A DNA stretch of 64,000 nt from Paraspadella gotoi (lineage: Eukaryota; Animalia; Chaetognatha): assembly GCA_051294375.1 (NCBI GenBank), contig CM119265.1:18400631-18464630 (forward strand), written 5' to 3'. Shown here piece after piece: positions 28,852 through 42,754 of this stretch. The notes under the pieces are model-generated. The model saw only the letters and a program-made list of their open reading frames with translations, did no database searches and had not been told where the DNA came from. The translations under genes and the position numbers were made by a program. How positions within the stretch are numbered: the first letter of the stretch is position 1; each line of letters opens with the position of its first letter.

Positions 28852-28938
28852 CGTTGCCCTGACGATGCGGGTCCGGTGGTCCTCCGATGTAAAGAAAAAA
28901 AGGAGAATTGAAAAGAGGAAAAGGTTTAAATGGATTTG

Positions 28939-29505
28939 TCGAGGCGATGAGAGGAATGAGACGATGGGAAAATGATGAGATGGGAACTAGGTGGGATGAG
29001 ATGGGAACGATAGTCGAGGCGATGAAAGGAATGAGATGCTGGGAGATGGGAATGAGTAAATGGAAGGAGTTGGGATGAGATAGTAACGAGTGTAACGAGA
29101 AAGAAGTGGGATGAGATTGGACCGAGTAAATGAAACAAGGTGGGATGAGATGGGAATGAGTGTCAAGGCGATGAGAGGAATGAGACAATGGGAAATGGAT
29201 GAGATGGAAAAGAGTAAATGGAAGGAGGTTGGATGAGATGAGAATGAGTGAATGGAACGAGATGGGATGAGATGGGAACGACTGAATGAAATGAGGAGGG
29301 ATAAGATAAGAATGAGTAAATGGAACCAGGTGGGATGAGATGGGAACGAGTAAATGGAACATCATGGGATGAAATGGGAACTAGTAAATGGAAGGAGGTC
29401 GGATGAGATGGGACCGAGTATATGAAACAAATTGGGATGAGATGAGAATGAGTAAATGGATTGAGGGGTGATGAGATGGGAACAAGTAAATGGAAGAAGG
29501 TGGTG
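28939..29505. repeat. Purine-rich 34-bp minisatellite, roughly 15 units
   Basis: Unit approximately GGGATGAGATGGGAACGAGTAAATGGAAGGAGGT, with an interspersed variant TCGAGGCGATGAGAGGAATGAGA. Confidence 0.85.
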
Positions 29506-29874
29506 AGATTTTGTGAAGCGAAGAATGAAACAACACAGATAATGGAAGAGGTTAGAAGTGGAAGAGAGGCGGCTGGAGCCCGAAAATATGGGAAAAATTC
29601 TGTAGAAAAGAATTATGTACTAACAGATAGAAAGATGAAAGGATGAAAAACTGAAAATGGATGCGAAAGGAGAAACGTCAAAATAAGGAAAGTGTTGAAA
29701 AAAGAGTTGGAAAATAAAAGGTGGAGGAAATGAATGGCTGGGAACGTTTCTATGGCAAACTGCAAGGACTGAAGTCTGAATGTTGATCTAGTCGAAGGTA
29801 TCTGAGCGATGCTGCTTGGATGTAGTGAAAGGAAGAGAAAAGAAGAAAGAAAGAAAAAAACAGAAAGAAAGAAG

Positions 29875-29905
<31 letters not shown>

Positions 29906-30506
29906 AGAAAGAAAGAAAGAAAATTTAGATTGATTGATGAAGATTGCTTGATTAACGGACGAGCATATAAATTTTTATAAAACAGAAAATATCAGAAATA
30001 TATCTGAAAACCTATAATCAGGAGTTAATGAAGTCCTAATGGGAATCTCGTCTTTGCCCCGCCCCCTCCTCCCCGCCCCCGCCACCCGCCCTTCGCTCGT
30101 CGACGATTCCATTCCGCGACTCGACGAGACGCATTTATTCCTCGCGTAAGAGTCGTTCCCTTCGTCGGGTAATCGGCCTCATCAAAACGCGCAGAGGAAA
30201 TGGCTTTTGTCTCTGCATATTCTAGCATTTTCGTTCGTGCGAACGCCGCCTCCCCCTCTCCTTCTCTCTCCTCTCTCTCTCTACTACCTCTCTCATTCTC
30301 TCTCTCTCTCGTCTGCTCCTCCGTCTCATCTCTCTCTTCTCTTCCTCTTCTCTCTCTCTCTTTCTGACGTCACTTGCGAGGCGTGACATCTATCGGCGAG
30401 ATGATTGAGGGCGAAATGAGTGTCGCTACAATCGTCTTTCTTGTCCCTTTTATATGCGTTAATATGCGCGGGAAATTGTGGGTTGAAGGAGTAAAAAGGC
30501 TATTAG

Positions 30507-30610
30507 GCCACTACGAGACTGGGGCCCCATCTCCGGAATGGCCGTTTGCGTAACTGGTATGGTCGCCTGCAGCATCATGATTCAGAGCTTCCAGCAGCTT
30601 GCTTTCTCGG
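30507..30610 (+). CDS. Orphan candidate exon, hydrophobic peptide
   Basis: tattag|G...TCG G|gtaaat; open frame PLRDWGPISGMAVCVTGMVACSIMIQSFQQLAFS; weak polypyrimidine tract. Confidence 0.2.
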
Positions 30611-31061
30611 GTAAATCGATTCTACGCGATCTTTTTTCTTTTACTTTTTTTACTTTCGTGAACCAGCTGACGTTCATTCTTACCAAAAAAAGTTAATTTC
30701 TTCGTAATCAAATACAGTAAACATAAAAATAATTACAAAATGAAAACAGCTCTTATGGAACTGCAAGTAATTCCCCGAAGTTGTCAAATATTTTATCAAC
30801 GATGGAGTAAGAACATGTAATAAAAATAATGAAGTAACTTGGAGTAATCCCTTACGAGGACAATCTGATGAAATGACTTTATAATCGAGTAGGACGGAAG
30901 AGAGAGAACGAGAAGAGGAAGATGAAAAAGAAGAAGAACGACCAAAGAAATAAAAAAGTAGAAATCCACTGAGACTCGAGCGTCAGAGGCGATAATTTCA
31001 AGATGACGTCTTTCACGAAGGCCGATAATCTCGTCAACCCATTTTTTTTTTCATCTCGGCT

Positions 31062-31200
31062 GCCGATTGCCCTCCATAGCCCCCGGTAGGCATCGGATGG
31101 CTCCCTATTGGCCTTCGATGGCCCCCGGTTGGCCTCCGATGGCCCGCCTATGACCCTCGTTGGCCCCCGATGGCGCGGGATGGCCCCCTCGGCCCCGGAT
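31062..31200. repeat. GC-rich degenerate tandem repeat of about 10-11 bp (21-bp dimer)
   Basis: Repeated (cga/t)tggcc(c/t)cc units. Confidence 0.65.
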
Positions 31201-31471
31201 CTTTGTCCCCGAGATGCCGTTTCCGTTTCCATCGTACTTTCGTTTCTCTCGTTTCTTTCTTCATCGAAATCCCTTAATTTCGCCGTCGCTACGTCGGTTC
31301 GACGAGTAAAATAATAGAGAATTATAAAGAAAATTAACTAATTTTCGCTTATGTTGCCGAAAGATAAAAAGTACAACATAAACTCGGTTTAATTTCTGCC
31401 ACACAAAATGATTTGGAGCGATTTTATCTTGTTTGTGTGGACATCTCGCGACTAATGTATTCCCTGTGGAG

Positions 31472-32448
31472 TAGAGCGTTGAAAAATAACAAAATATAAC
31501 AAATCAAGTGAGGTACATAGCTATTTTAGTGTAATGTAGTCTGTAGAATTCGATGGTGATGACCATTTTTTTGTATAATTTTATCTTTCTTGTCGGAAAT
31601 GACGGTTTTTAATGTATATAGAATTGTTATAAAATAGCAAAAGTTATGATAAATCAAATTATTAAAATTTTATAATATTTATATGAGCTTTTGAAATATA
31701 AAAATAAAGACTTATAAAAATATTTTGGTAAGTTTATTTCTAAATTTTATATTTTATAAAAAGTTAGTTAACTATATTTATTAATAATTATGAGTAAAAA
31801 TTAGGTTAAAGTTAAAAAATAACAATTTCTATTTTTTTTTCATGGATTTGCATTCTTTGCAAAAAGTTGTATAAGAAAATATAATTTTTATCAAAAAGTT
31901 ATCGTCATTAAGTTGGCAAAATTTAGAAAAACTATAATTTTGAAATCCAAAAAATTGAAAAATTAAACAAAAATAATAGTTTTAATATTTTAACCTATTT
32001 TATGAAAGAATTTTTTAAAAAATAGATTATACTTTCTTATATCAACTTTTTGTAAGGAATTCAAATCCAATTTTAATTTTTTTATTTTTTCACTATCAGC
32101 TTATTTTTTATTATTATTTATTAATAAATAGGAGCAACAAACTATTATAAAATATAAAATTTGTAAATAAACTTACCAAAATATTTATATGGGTCTTTAT
32201 TTTCATATCATTGTAAGTTAAATATGGCTTTATAAAATTTAATAATTTGAGTTTCTATACTCTAGCAATGTTTTGCTCCATTTTAATAGCACCTTATATG
32301 CTGGCAAAAAATCGCCATTTCCAGACAAAGAAGATAAGACTATACAAAAAATGGTTATCATCAATCGAAAATTCTACAGACTTTATTACACAAAATAGCT
32401 ATGTACCTTACCTTGATTGTTATATTTTCGTTAATTTTCAACGCCCTA
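31472..32448. mobile_element. Non-autonomous hAT-like DNA transposon with long TIRs (foldback/MITE-like), about 980 bp
   Basis: Left end TAGAGCGTTGAAAAATAAC... matches the reverse complement of the right end (TAGGGCGTTGAAAATTAAC...). Inverted similarity covers about 31472-31890 versus 32020-32448. A perfect 8-bp TSD, CTGTGGAG, lies at 31464-31471 and 32449-32456. AT-rich, no transposase ORF. Confidence 0.88.
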
Positions 32449-32461
32449 CTGTGGAGCTGAC

Positions 32462-32492
<31 letters not shown>

Positions 32493-32654
32493 GCTCATCT
32501 CTCTCTTCTTCTCTCTCTCATCTCTCGTCTCTTCTCGTTTTACGACGAAAATAACGCTTGGAATTGGTTGTTGTTGGTGCGTTTCGGTCGTTTGCGTAGC
32601 CTACGCCCAAAGGAACAAGACCTTTCGGAACCGGGAGAGAGTGAGAGGAGAGAG

Positions 32655-32705
<51 letters not shown>

Positions 32706-33474
32706 AGAAGAAGAAGGACGCGCATAGACAATCAGGGAAAAGAGAAAATAAATGAGAAGAAATCTGTAGAGGGAGAAAAGAGAAAGAAGGAATGAACTAT
32801 GAACAATGAATATAATCTAAGTCAATCTTAGATTTGTTGAAGTGGAAAAAAGTAAAACCACATGGAACGGAAACGATTTCTTTTTATGCTTCTTTCTTTC
32901 TTTTTTTTATTATTTTGATATTTATTTCATTATTTCTTTCTTTCTTTCTTTCTCTCTTTCTTTTTTTCTTTTTCTTTCTTTTTTTCTTTCATTCTTTCTT
33001 TCTTTCTTTTATTTCTTTTTTTCTTTCTTTCATTCATTCTTTCTTCTTTCCTTTATTTCTTTTTCACTTTCATTTTCCATTTTGTTTCCCTTCATTTTCT
33101 TTCAACTCATTTTTCTCCATTAGGTTTGCCAACCCGCGACGGCGCGTCACGACAAAACCTTTATTTTCTTACATTCTGTTTCTCCACGTTTTCTTTGACT
33201 TTGTCCACGTTTCTTATTCTTTCTTTTTGTTCTTTTTTCTAAACTCACGAGATTTGCTATTTTTTTTCTCTTCAGCTTTTAACCTCCGTCCCAAAAGATA
33301 ATGAGCTTCTTGTGACGGTCTCCTTCACCGACGTCCGTCGACGACGACGACGACGACAACGACGACGACAATTGTAATAATGATCCGAAAAACAATGACG
33401 ACTTATTGACTTATTCTGAATAAACTTTGTCGAAGACCGAAGGGACGATAACGACGACTGACTTGCAATCACCA

Positions 33475-33514
<40 letters not shown>

Positions 33515-33723
33515 GGATTTTGACGCTTCCGTTGACGCGAGTCAGGTTTCGAGTTCCGACTCCGCCTTTCCCTCATTCCCTTCTCTTCCTCTCGACGACG
33601 ACGACGACGACGACTATGACGAATTGATCCCTCGGCCCAACTTCGAAGGAACTTACCATTGCTTACCTTCCCTTCTCCGCCTTGACCCCGCCTTGCTCCT
33701 CTCCCCCATTCTCCCCCCCCCCT

Positions 33724-33882
33724 CTATTGCAAAGTTGACCTCGCCCGCGGCAAATCGGTTTTCTCCTCTGAAGGCGTCGCCGCGCTGACCCCTTCGAAGA
33801 CGTCCTCTGCGGCGGCGTCTGCGGCGTCCTCTGCGGCGGCCTCTGAAGCCTCTGCCCTCATTCTGTCAGCCTCTATTCTCTT
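33724..33882 (-). CDS. Orphan candidate exon, Ala/Glu-rich peptide
   Basis: atatag|AAG; KRIEADRMRAEASEAAAEDAADAAAEDVFEGVSAATPSEEKTDLPRARSTLQ*; the only frame open from this acceptor. Confidence 0.2.
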   Translation of the reverse strand, partial: KRIEADRMRAEASEAAAEDAADAAAEDVFEGVSAATPSEEKTDLPRARSTLQ

Positions 33883-34196
33883 CTATATTTACTGTCCGAT
33901 TCTGAAACGTTTTTTGGCTTTTTGTCTCGACTGACCCGTTTTGTCTTAAGTGGCAATTGTGCCATTTTCGACCTAATCTAATGGCTGTTGCGTTTTTGTT
34001 CTCCTTCAGCGTTAATCTTGTAGCATCATACGACATATCATCTAATTTAGATTTAAAAATCTTTCAATTATATTTTATGCCTTTAGCGAATTGTTTAAAT
34101 TAATTTTATAATCCTTACCACTTTACAAAATACTATGAGAGCCCAATAAAAACTTAATCATTAACCGAANNNNNNNNNNATATAAACTAATATAGC

Positions 34197-34237
34197 TGAA
34201 TGGATAATTTTTTATATTGGTTGTGCCAATTTCATAG
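34197..34237 (+). repeat. Dispersed repeat, partial copy 3
   Basis: tgaatggataattttttatattggttgtgccaatttcata matches the 3' part of the 24662 and 58617 copies. Confidence 0.65.
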
Positions 34238-34514
34238 AATTAAAAATCTTTCAATTATATTTTATGCCCTTGGCGAATTGTTTAAGATAATTTTATAATC
34301 ATTACCACTTTACAAAATACAAGGAATGCCCAATAAAAACTTATTTAATCATTAACCGAAAATGTCCCCCCAATTTTTTCCATCTCTTGTTCACGCTCCG
34401 ATTTCTTCATTTTTTTACCGCGTACTCGCCAGACAAGATTAAATTTTCTTTGTTGTATTTGTCGCTCTTCTTCAAAGGCGCCACCAACCCACGCCTCTCT
34501 CTCTCCTCTCTTCT

Positions 34515-34581
<67 letters not shown>

Positions 34582-34859
34582 GTTTAACTATTGCTCATTC
34601 CTCCTTCTTTTCTCCTTTTTTTCTTCTTAACTTTTCACCTTTTTCCCTGTGTTTCCGTATGACCTTAAGGGAACGTTGGAGGATCGATCCCTTAATTACG
34701 ACCTTTTATCTTCTCCGTCGCGAAGACAGAGTCAAAGCTGGCAGACGAGAAGGAGCAGAGAGAGAGAGAGGGAGAGAGAGAGAGAAGGAGAGAGAGAGAG
34801 ACGAGAGATGGAGACGAGAGAGAGAGAAGAGAGAGAACGAGAGCAGACAGAGAGAGAGA

Positions 34860-37800
34860 TGACGAGAGAGAGAGAGAGAGTGTCAGATGACTTTAACTTC
34901 GTTAGAAAAGGCCGTTAAGGACGCCAGCGTATTTACGTCAACGTTTCGACTGTTGTTGTTATTCGTTAATTACAGATTAAAGGCGGCGCGTCTGTTTTCT
35001 AAGGGCGGATTAACTAACTATATAACTACTTCAACTATATATAACATAGACTTTTATGATTATAGGTACCTCAAAAAATTTTTCTTCCTATTTCATAGTT
35101 TTAGCCGTTGGTTATAAATCCCATATTCACGCATAAAGAATAAAACGCGCAATACTGTAATCTTAGGAGTGTTAAAAAGAAAGTTTCTTAATTCCCTAGT
35201 CTCATCTCTCATGTCCCCATTCTTCTGCATTTAAGGCGCAATTTTGGTTTAACTTCAATTTTGTTTCCTTTTTAATAATCTTCCACTCGAATCATCTAAT
35301 ACCCCTTTTTTAAAGGTTAAAAGATTTTCTTGATTTATTCTGACTGAGAAAGAGAGAGAGAGAGACAGAGAGACTATAAGAGGAGAGAGAGAGAGAAAGG
35401 AGGGGGGGGAAAATAAGAGAGTTGAGATTAAGTCCATTGGACATATAGACAGATATATAGACTAGCATAAATATTAGAAGTTCAAAAAACTTTGCCACTC
35501 GATGTTCGCCACCCATTTTCAACAACAACAACACACAACACCGCCGCCACCCCTACCGTATTCCCGCCATCGTTCATACCCTCATATCCTTCGCGCCTCC
35601 GGATTTAATAACCCTTTTGCCTGACCGCATAATCCGATCGTAAAGCCCCAGCGCGGAAATCGGCGCGGGAGTTAATGGGCAAAATGGAAGGGAAATGAAG
35701 CGCGGAATCCCACGAAGATCGGGATCGCCCTTCGGAGAATCTCCCGCTACTTGGCGGGCAGAATTCCGACCGTTCGCCTTCTAAGAATCCCTTCGCTGCC
35801 TAGAGGAGAGAGAGAGAGAACGAGAGAGAGAGAGAGAGAGAAGACGAGGAGAGAGAGAAGAGAGAGAGAGAAGGGAGGAGACAAGAGAGGAGAGAGAGAC
35901 AGGCGGTGGGATGAGAGAGGTTTTTCGAAATAAACTAGAGAGTATAGATTCATAGACGCAAGTCAGAAAAAGATTGAGCTGACGACTTTTGGCGCCTCGA
36001 GGTGAGAGAAAAAAGTTTGAAATGGTAAGTTGGAGCTGCTGAAAATGGCAAGAGAGTTGCTCCGACCGCGGAAAGTGGCAAATAACAGAGCCGGTAGAAG
36101 AAAAGTCTTTTGAAAGATTAAAATAAGAAGCAATTAAAATGTAGCACACGAAAGAAAAGTTTATTTAAAAACAAGATCGGTTCTATCCAATGTGTTGCGC
36201 CGCGATAGTATTTACTATTACGTGATTATCTCGTCGACATGACATTACATAAGAGTGATATAGACACTGACCGACATAACATACAATATAACTTCTATAT
36301 GACTCAGCACTGTATCGAAGTTCGTCTTTATATTCTATATAGTTTTAGGATTTCCTGAAGGCGCGGCCTAGCAGGTTTTTTTCTGTTCTTAACAAATGAG
36401 AGCAAACTAACTATAGACAAATTATGGGCTTTTAATATAGAATGAAGGACAAGAACCGTAAGGACAGACATACCGACCGACAGACCGACCCAACAGAACC
36501 GACACATAAGACAAATACATGTAACCAAAAGCAACATGACGACGGGTCGTAAAGTATACATATGATAGGTAGATAAATAACACATTATGGTTTTCGCTTG
36601 TGGTACTTTTAAGGTTTTGGGGCACAGAAACCAAGCAGTGGGAGTTACGATATCGGTCTATTAACGCTTGGAACAATTAGACCTTAGACCGACAAACGAT
36701 AGAATGAGGTGAGGAGATGGGATGAGTGGAGTAACAGTAAGCTGATGGACGTGAATTTAGTTGAATGGTTTTCCTTTGCCAAATTTATGTGACGACAGGC
36801 GTTTGGGTGGCTTGTTGGGATAGACCTCAGAATGAGACTCAAGAATATAAGATGTGATGGAGAGAAAAGAGAAAGAAAAGAGCAACGAGGGATGCAAACA
36901 AGCGGAAGAGAATTTCTAAAGTGAGAGAAAGGGTCAACGGTATTGAAAACGGTCAACCGACAGAGCGTCAAAGGTCACCGCCCAGGTTTTTTTGGCTCGA
37001 TGTTTGAAACTTTTTCTCAATGTCTTGTTTTAGGTTTTTTTCAGTTTTTGGTTCATAACATTGAAAATAAACACAATGACGTTTGATGTTTAATGTTTCT
37101 TTCAAAAAAATCTTTCCGCTCTAACGAGTTATCGCTCAAGCCGAGCTTTCTTGTATTCTACGTTGTCGTCGTTGTTGTCCGCGCAAGAAACCGCCTAAAT
37201 ACGAAGAAATAAACAAATCAACTAAACGCCCAATCTTTCCAACGCAAAACCCGCAGTAAACAGTAAAAGGCAAACGACAGCAACGACGACTAAGACGACG
37301 ACGATGCTAAAGCGTTGAAAGAAAAAATAAAGCAAAAAAAAAAAAACAAGCTAATGAGAAAGCGAGAGAAAAGGTGAGGAAAAGGTTAACGAGCGACGGA
37401 GGGTAAAGGCGGTGGAGGAAAGCGGAGATGAGAGGGGCGATTGCAAAGAGCATCGCCTGTGCAACAAAGTGAGGAAAGGTGGAAGACGTCAAATGCAAAA
37501 GAAAGATTTCGAGTTGATTAGTGATCTCTCCTGAACNNNNNNNNNNNNNNNNNNNNNNNNNGAGAGAGAGAAGAGAAGAGAGAGAGAGAAGAGCACGACA
37601 CAAGAGAAACGACGAGGAGAGAGAGAGACGAGAGAGAGAGAAGAGACGGAGAGAAGAGAAGATGAGTGTTCAGAGACTTAATTCCTTCTTAGAAAAGGCC
37701 TGCTTAAGGACGCCAGCGTATTTACGTCAACGTTTCCGACTGTTTGTTGCTTATTGTGTTAATTACGAATTAAAGCCGGCCACGTCGCTGCGTTTTCAAA

Positions 37801-38527
37801 GGACGGAAATTAACTATACTATTAAACATATGTATACAAACTATTTATTAGCAATACTGTAATCTTAGGAGTGTTGAAAGAAAAAGTTCTTAATCCCTAG
37901 TCTCCATGTCTTCATGTCCCCATTCTTCTGCATTTAAGGGCAATTTTGGTTAACTTCAATTCTTTGTTTCCTTTTTAATAATCTTCCATCTTGAATCATC
38001 TAATAACCCTCTTTTTAAAGATTAAAAGATTTCTTGATTATATTCTGACTGAGAAAGAGGAGAGAGAGAGACAAGAGACAGAGAGAGATAAGAGAGAGAA
38101 AGCGAGGAGAAGGAGGGCAGGGAAAAGAAGAGATTAGATGAGACAATGTCCAGTCGGACATATAGACAGATATATAGCATACATAAATAGATTAGAAGTT
38201 CAAAAACTTTGCCACTCGGTATGTTCGCCACCCATTTTCAACAACAACAACAAACACCGCGCCACCCCTATCCGTATTCCCGCCATATCGTTCATACCCT
38301 CATATCCTTCCGCCCCTGGCGATTTAATAACCCTTTGCCTGACCGCATAATCCGATCGTAAAGCCCTCGCGCGCAAATCGGCGCGGGAGTTAATGGCGCA
38401 AAATGGAAGGGAAATGAAGCGCGGAATCCACGAAGATCGGGATCCCCCTTCGAGAATCTCCCGCTACTTGGCGGGGAAAATTCCGACCTTCCTTCTAGAA
38501 TCCCTCTGCTAAAGCGCGATGATCGAC

Positions 38528-38565
<38 letters not shown>

Positions 38566-40185
38566 AGAGAGAAGAGAGAGGAGAAAGAGAGAGAGAGAGA
38601 GCACAGGCCGGCTGGGATGAGAGAGGTTTTTCGAAAATAAACTGAGGTAAGAATGTTCATGACGCAAGTCAGAAAAAGATTGAGCACGACTTTTAGGCCC
38701 TCGAGGTGAGAGAAAAAAGTTTGAAATGGTAAGTTGGAGCTGCTGAAAATGACAAGAGAGTTGCTCCGACCGCGGAAAGTGGCAAATAACAGAGCCGGTA
38801 GAAGAAAATCTTGAAAGATTAAAATCTGAAAGGGTCAGTTAAAAGCCAATTAAAATGTAGCACACGAAAGAAAAGTTCATTTAAAACCAGATCGCCGTTC
38901 ATCCAATGTGTTGCGCCGCAGTGATTTTATTTTCACGTGTATTTCTCGTGACATGACATGACATAAGGTGATATGACATGACGCGACATAACTACAATAA
39001 CTTTCTTATGACACGCACTGTATCGGAATTCCGTCTTTTATTCTTATAGTTTTAGGATTTCCTGAAGGCGGCCCTAGCAGGTTTTTTTCTGTCTTAACAA
39101 ATGAGCAACTAACTATAGACAAATTATGGGCATTTTTAATGTAAGTGGGACAGACCGTAGGACAGACATACCGACCGACAGACCGACCCACACCGATCGA
39201 AAAGCTAAAAATGTAATGAAACAAAGCCATCGAAGGAGGTCGTTATACTTATAGTGAGTAAGGTCGTAAAAACACATTATGGTTTTCGCTTGTGGTACTT
39301 TTAAGGTTTGGGAGCCAAGAACCAAGCAGTGGGGAGTTTATTGGTCATCGGTCTTTAGACGCTTGGGAACAACTTGACCTTAGAACCGACCGTGTGAGGA
39401 TGATGGGGTGATGGAGTCAGGAAGTGATGGAGTGAATTTAGTTGATGGGTTTTCCTTTGCCAAATTTATGTGACGACAAGGCGTTTGGGTGGCTTGTTGG
39501 ATGTCATCAGAATGAGACTCAAGAATATAAGATGTGATGGAGAGAAGGAAGAAAAGAGGCAACGAGGGATGCAAACAAGCGGAGAGATTTCTAAAGTGAA
39601 GGGGTCACGGTTTGAACGGTCAACCGACAGAGGTCAAAGGTCACCGCCCAGGTTTTTTTGGCTCCGAATGTTTGAAACTTTTTCTCAATGTCTTGGTTTT
39701 AAGGTTTTTTTCAGTTTTTGGTTCATAACATTGAAAATAACACAATGACGTTGTATTTAATGTTTCGTTTCAAAAAAATCTTTCCGCTCTACGAGTTATC
39801 GCTCAAGCCGAGCTTTCTTGTATTCTACGTTGTCGTCGTTGTTGTCCGCGCAAGAACCGCCTAAAACGAAGGAAATAAACAAATCAACTAAACGCCCAAT
39901 CTTTCAAGGCAAAACCCGCAGTAAACAGTAAAAGGGCAAACGACAGCAACGACGACTAAGACGACGACGATGCTAAAGCGTTGAAAGAAAAAATAAAGCA
40001 AAAAAAAAAAAACAAGCTAATGAGAAAGCGAGAGAAAAGGTGAGGAAAAGGTAACGAGCGACGGGAGGGTAAGGCGGGTGGAGGAAAGCGGAGAGAGAGG
40101 GGCGATGCAAAGAGCATCGGTGAACAAAGGTGAGGAAAAGGTGAAGGACGTCAATGAAAAGAAAGATTCGAGTTGATTAGTGATC
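34860..40185 (+). other. About 2.6-kb direct duplication (about 34860-37526 and 37640-40185) across a 25-N gap; probable assembly artefact
   Basis: Colinear copies differ mostly by 1-2 nt indels and are separated by exactly 25 N (37537-37561). Confidence 0.85.
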
Positions 40186-40915
40186 AAAAGATGAGACTTC
40201 GACGGTAAATAGATCGTGAAATGAAATATGAAAAAGATGGAGAGCATAAATATCTGGAATTATTTTTTTTTTAAAGGTTAATGGGGTAGGGAGTAATTTC
40301 GCGATGAGCGATGGCGAAGAAAGGTAAGGTCGTTTCGGTAAGGCACTCCGGAGCGAAAAGTTCGGCCAAGGAAACCACAAAGTCCAGACGCGAACCGAAG
40401 CTCATAAAAGGGAGGAGGAGGAGGAGGAGGAGGTCAGGAGTGGTCGAGACAAAAGTCATCCACCCAGGGTCGTTAAAGGGAAAAAAAGTGGAGGCAGTAA
40501 CAGTAATCCTCAATATGGTGGTGGCAGTGGTGGCAATAGAGGGTGTTAAGTCTTAAGAACGGAGCAGAGGAGGAAGAGGAAGAGGAAGAGGAAAAGGAAA
40601 AGTGAGAAGGAGGAAGAAGAAGATGAGGAGGAGGAAGAGGAGGAGCCCGTTTTTTTTTTTTTTTAATGATGGAATCGGTGACCCTCGAATCACGAAAACC
40701 TCGCGATGGCGCGAAGCCCGAGATTCCATCGATTAAGAATCCAAAACATTTCGACGCCTCCGCTCGTGATTGAGTCTCCGGAATCCGACCCTCTTTGCGC
40801 GCCCGCTCGGTCCTTAAAACGAGAGTTTATGGCATGGACCTCTTAGGGTCGAGGACTTTAGGGCTTTTTTTTTAAATTTATAAAGTGAAATAATAATTTG
40901 TCGATTCGATGCATT

Positions 40916-41017
<102 letters not shown>

Positions 41018-41671
41018 AAAATTAGATTAGATTAGATTAGAAAAAGACTTAATCCGGGAATTATTGCAGGGTAAGCTCAAATATTTAAAACAAAAAAGTC
41101 GATAAATTCTTGGTTTTAACGGAGAAACGTTTTCGCGGAAGAGTCGATCAAAATGTCGACAAACGTTGAGTCGCGAATCAAATCCGCTAATGGAAGTCTC
41201 GCACTAAACCTGTCAACGGGATTCTCTCAGATCCGCGGCCAACGCTAATCGATATCTGGTCGACTAACCCAGACGGAAAAGTAAATCAGCCCTTTTCTGA
41301 TTATAAATTCCCATTTTTAAGTCATTTTAAAGTAAGAAGTTACCTTTTGTTGACTTTTTTCCCCTTTTTTTTTTTTATAAAATCGGAAGGGAAAAAGACA
41401 ACGCAAGATTTACAACGTATGATATTACACAATTCATTGCTTTTTTTATATTAGCGGTCATATAACCCGTGTTTACGATCCTTGGTCAGCTAACGGACGA
41501 GCTCTAATATGCTCGACATAATTGGACGGCAATCATATTTATGGTCAAGTTTTTCCTTTTTTTTTCGTTTTTATTACGAACGAACGCCAGTTTTATGACC
41601 TCGTTCTGTAACGCTCTCCTCCTCTGCATGCGAGTAGAGAGAGAGCCAGAGAGGAGCCGATAAGAGAGAGA

Positions 41672-41731
<60 letters not shown>

Positions 41732-41912
41732 TAGAGAGAGAGAGAGTGAGAGAGAGAGGAGAGAGATATGGAGAAGGAATAAGAAGATGTCCAAAAAGGA
41801 TGAATCAAATGATCCCCGTAATCGTTTTTTAACGACGAATTACGACTCTAATTAGGAAAAGGACGAATGACCCAATCAGAAAACGTCTGGCGTTTCGACG
41901 ACAGGGATGATA

Positions 41913-41980
41913 TGATGGGGATCGGGATGGGGATCGGGATGGGGATGGGGAAGGGGATCGGGATGGGGATAGAGATGGGG
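41913..41980. repeat. (GGGATS)n hexamer repeat
   Basis: gggatc/gggatg tandem units. Confidence 0.8.
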
Positions 41981-42395
41981 AGAGTGACACCCGGATACCA
42001 AACCGGACCGTGCAGAATTGGTCAAGGATTTAGATTTTTTTTTCTCGTGATCCGATTTACGGTTTAATGGACAGGTTAGATGTAGGATCGTACTCAGGAT
42101 TCGATCAGCTCAACTTTGCCACATAAATTAAAATAAATTAGGATGTCAAATTCACGGGTTCCAATCGTTGAAGAGCAATCAGAAAGGCCTCAGTTCGAAA
42201 ATTGACCAATCAGGATGATAAAAACGTCACGTGCTACTTGGAGATGACCGATCGAAATAAATATTCTTTTTTATTGATTTTTTTTTTATTTTTTTTTATT
42301 CTTTCTTTCGTTCTTTTTTTCTTTTTTTCTTTCTTTCTTTCTTTCTTTCCTTCTTTCTTTCCGTCTTCTTTTTTCGTTCTTCCTGTCTCATGTTA

Positions 42396-42430
<35 letters not shown>

Positions 42431-42754
42431 TTTTTCTTTCTTTCTTTCCAGGAACACGTTAAACGTTTTGTCATTCATCAGAGCGAATGTTCGACGGGTT
42501 CTGTTTGTTTATGTCGTTAATGGGTAACTGAATAAACAAAGGAACGACTGAAACTAAAAGAAGTTTCCTGCCTAGTCCATTCATTCATTTATTCATTTAT
42601 TCATTCATTCATTCTTTCGCCAGTTTATTCATCCGCTCTTGGAACACGGAACTCAATTATTCTATTCCGTTGTTTATTGTTTTTGTTTTTGTTTTGATCC
42701 TTTTTCTGTCGTCGACCCGCGCGCATCCCGGAGTTTTTGCTCTCGCAGAGTTTC

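Noticed and set aside
28939-29505. CRISPR-like array
   Set aside because: Units are contiguous with no unique spacers, there are no cas genes, and the context is eukaryotic. The same applies to 16203-16510.
34051-34360. Direct repeat of about 120 bp
   Set aside because: Separated by a 10-N gap, so a real tandem unit cannot be told from an allelic overlap.
40271-40556. Overlapping ORFs on both strands (basic MAKKGK... peptide)
   Set aside because: No recognisable domain or splice context; partly (GGA)n repeat.
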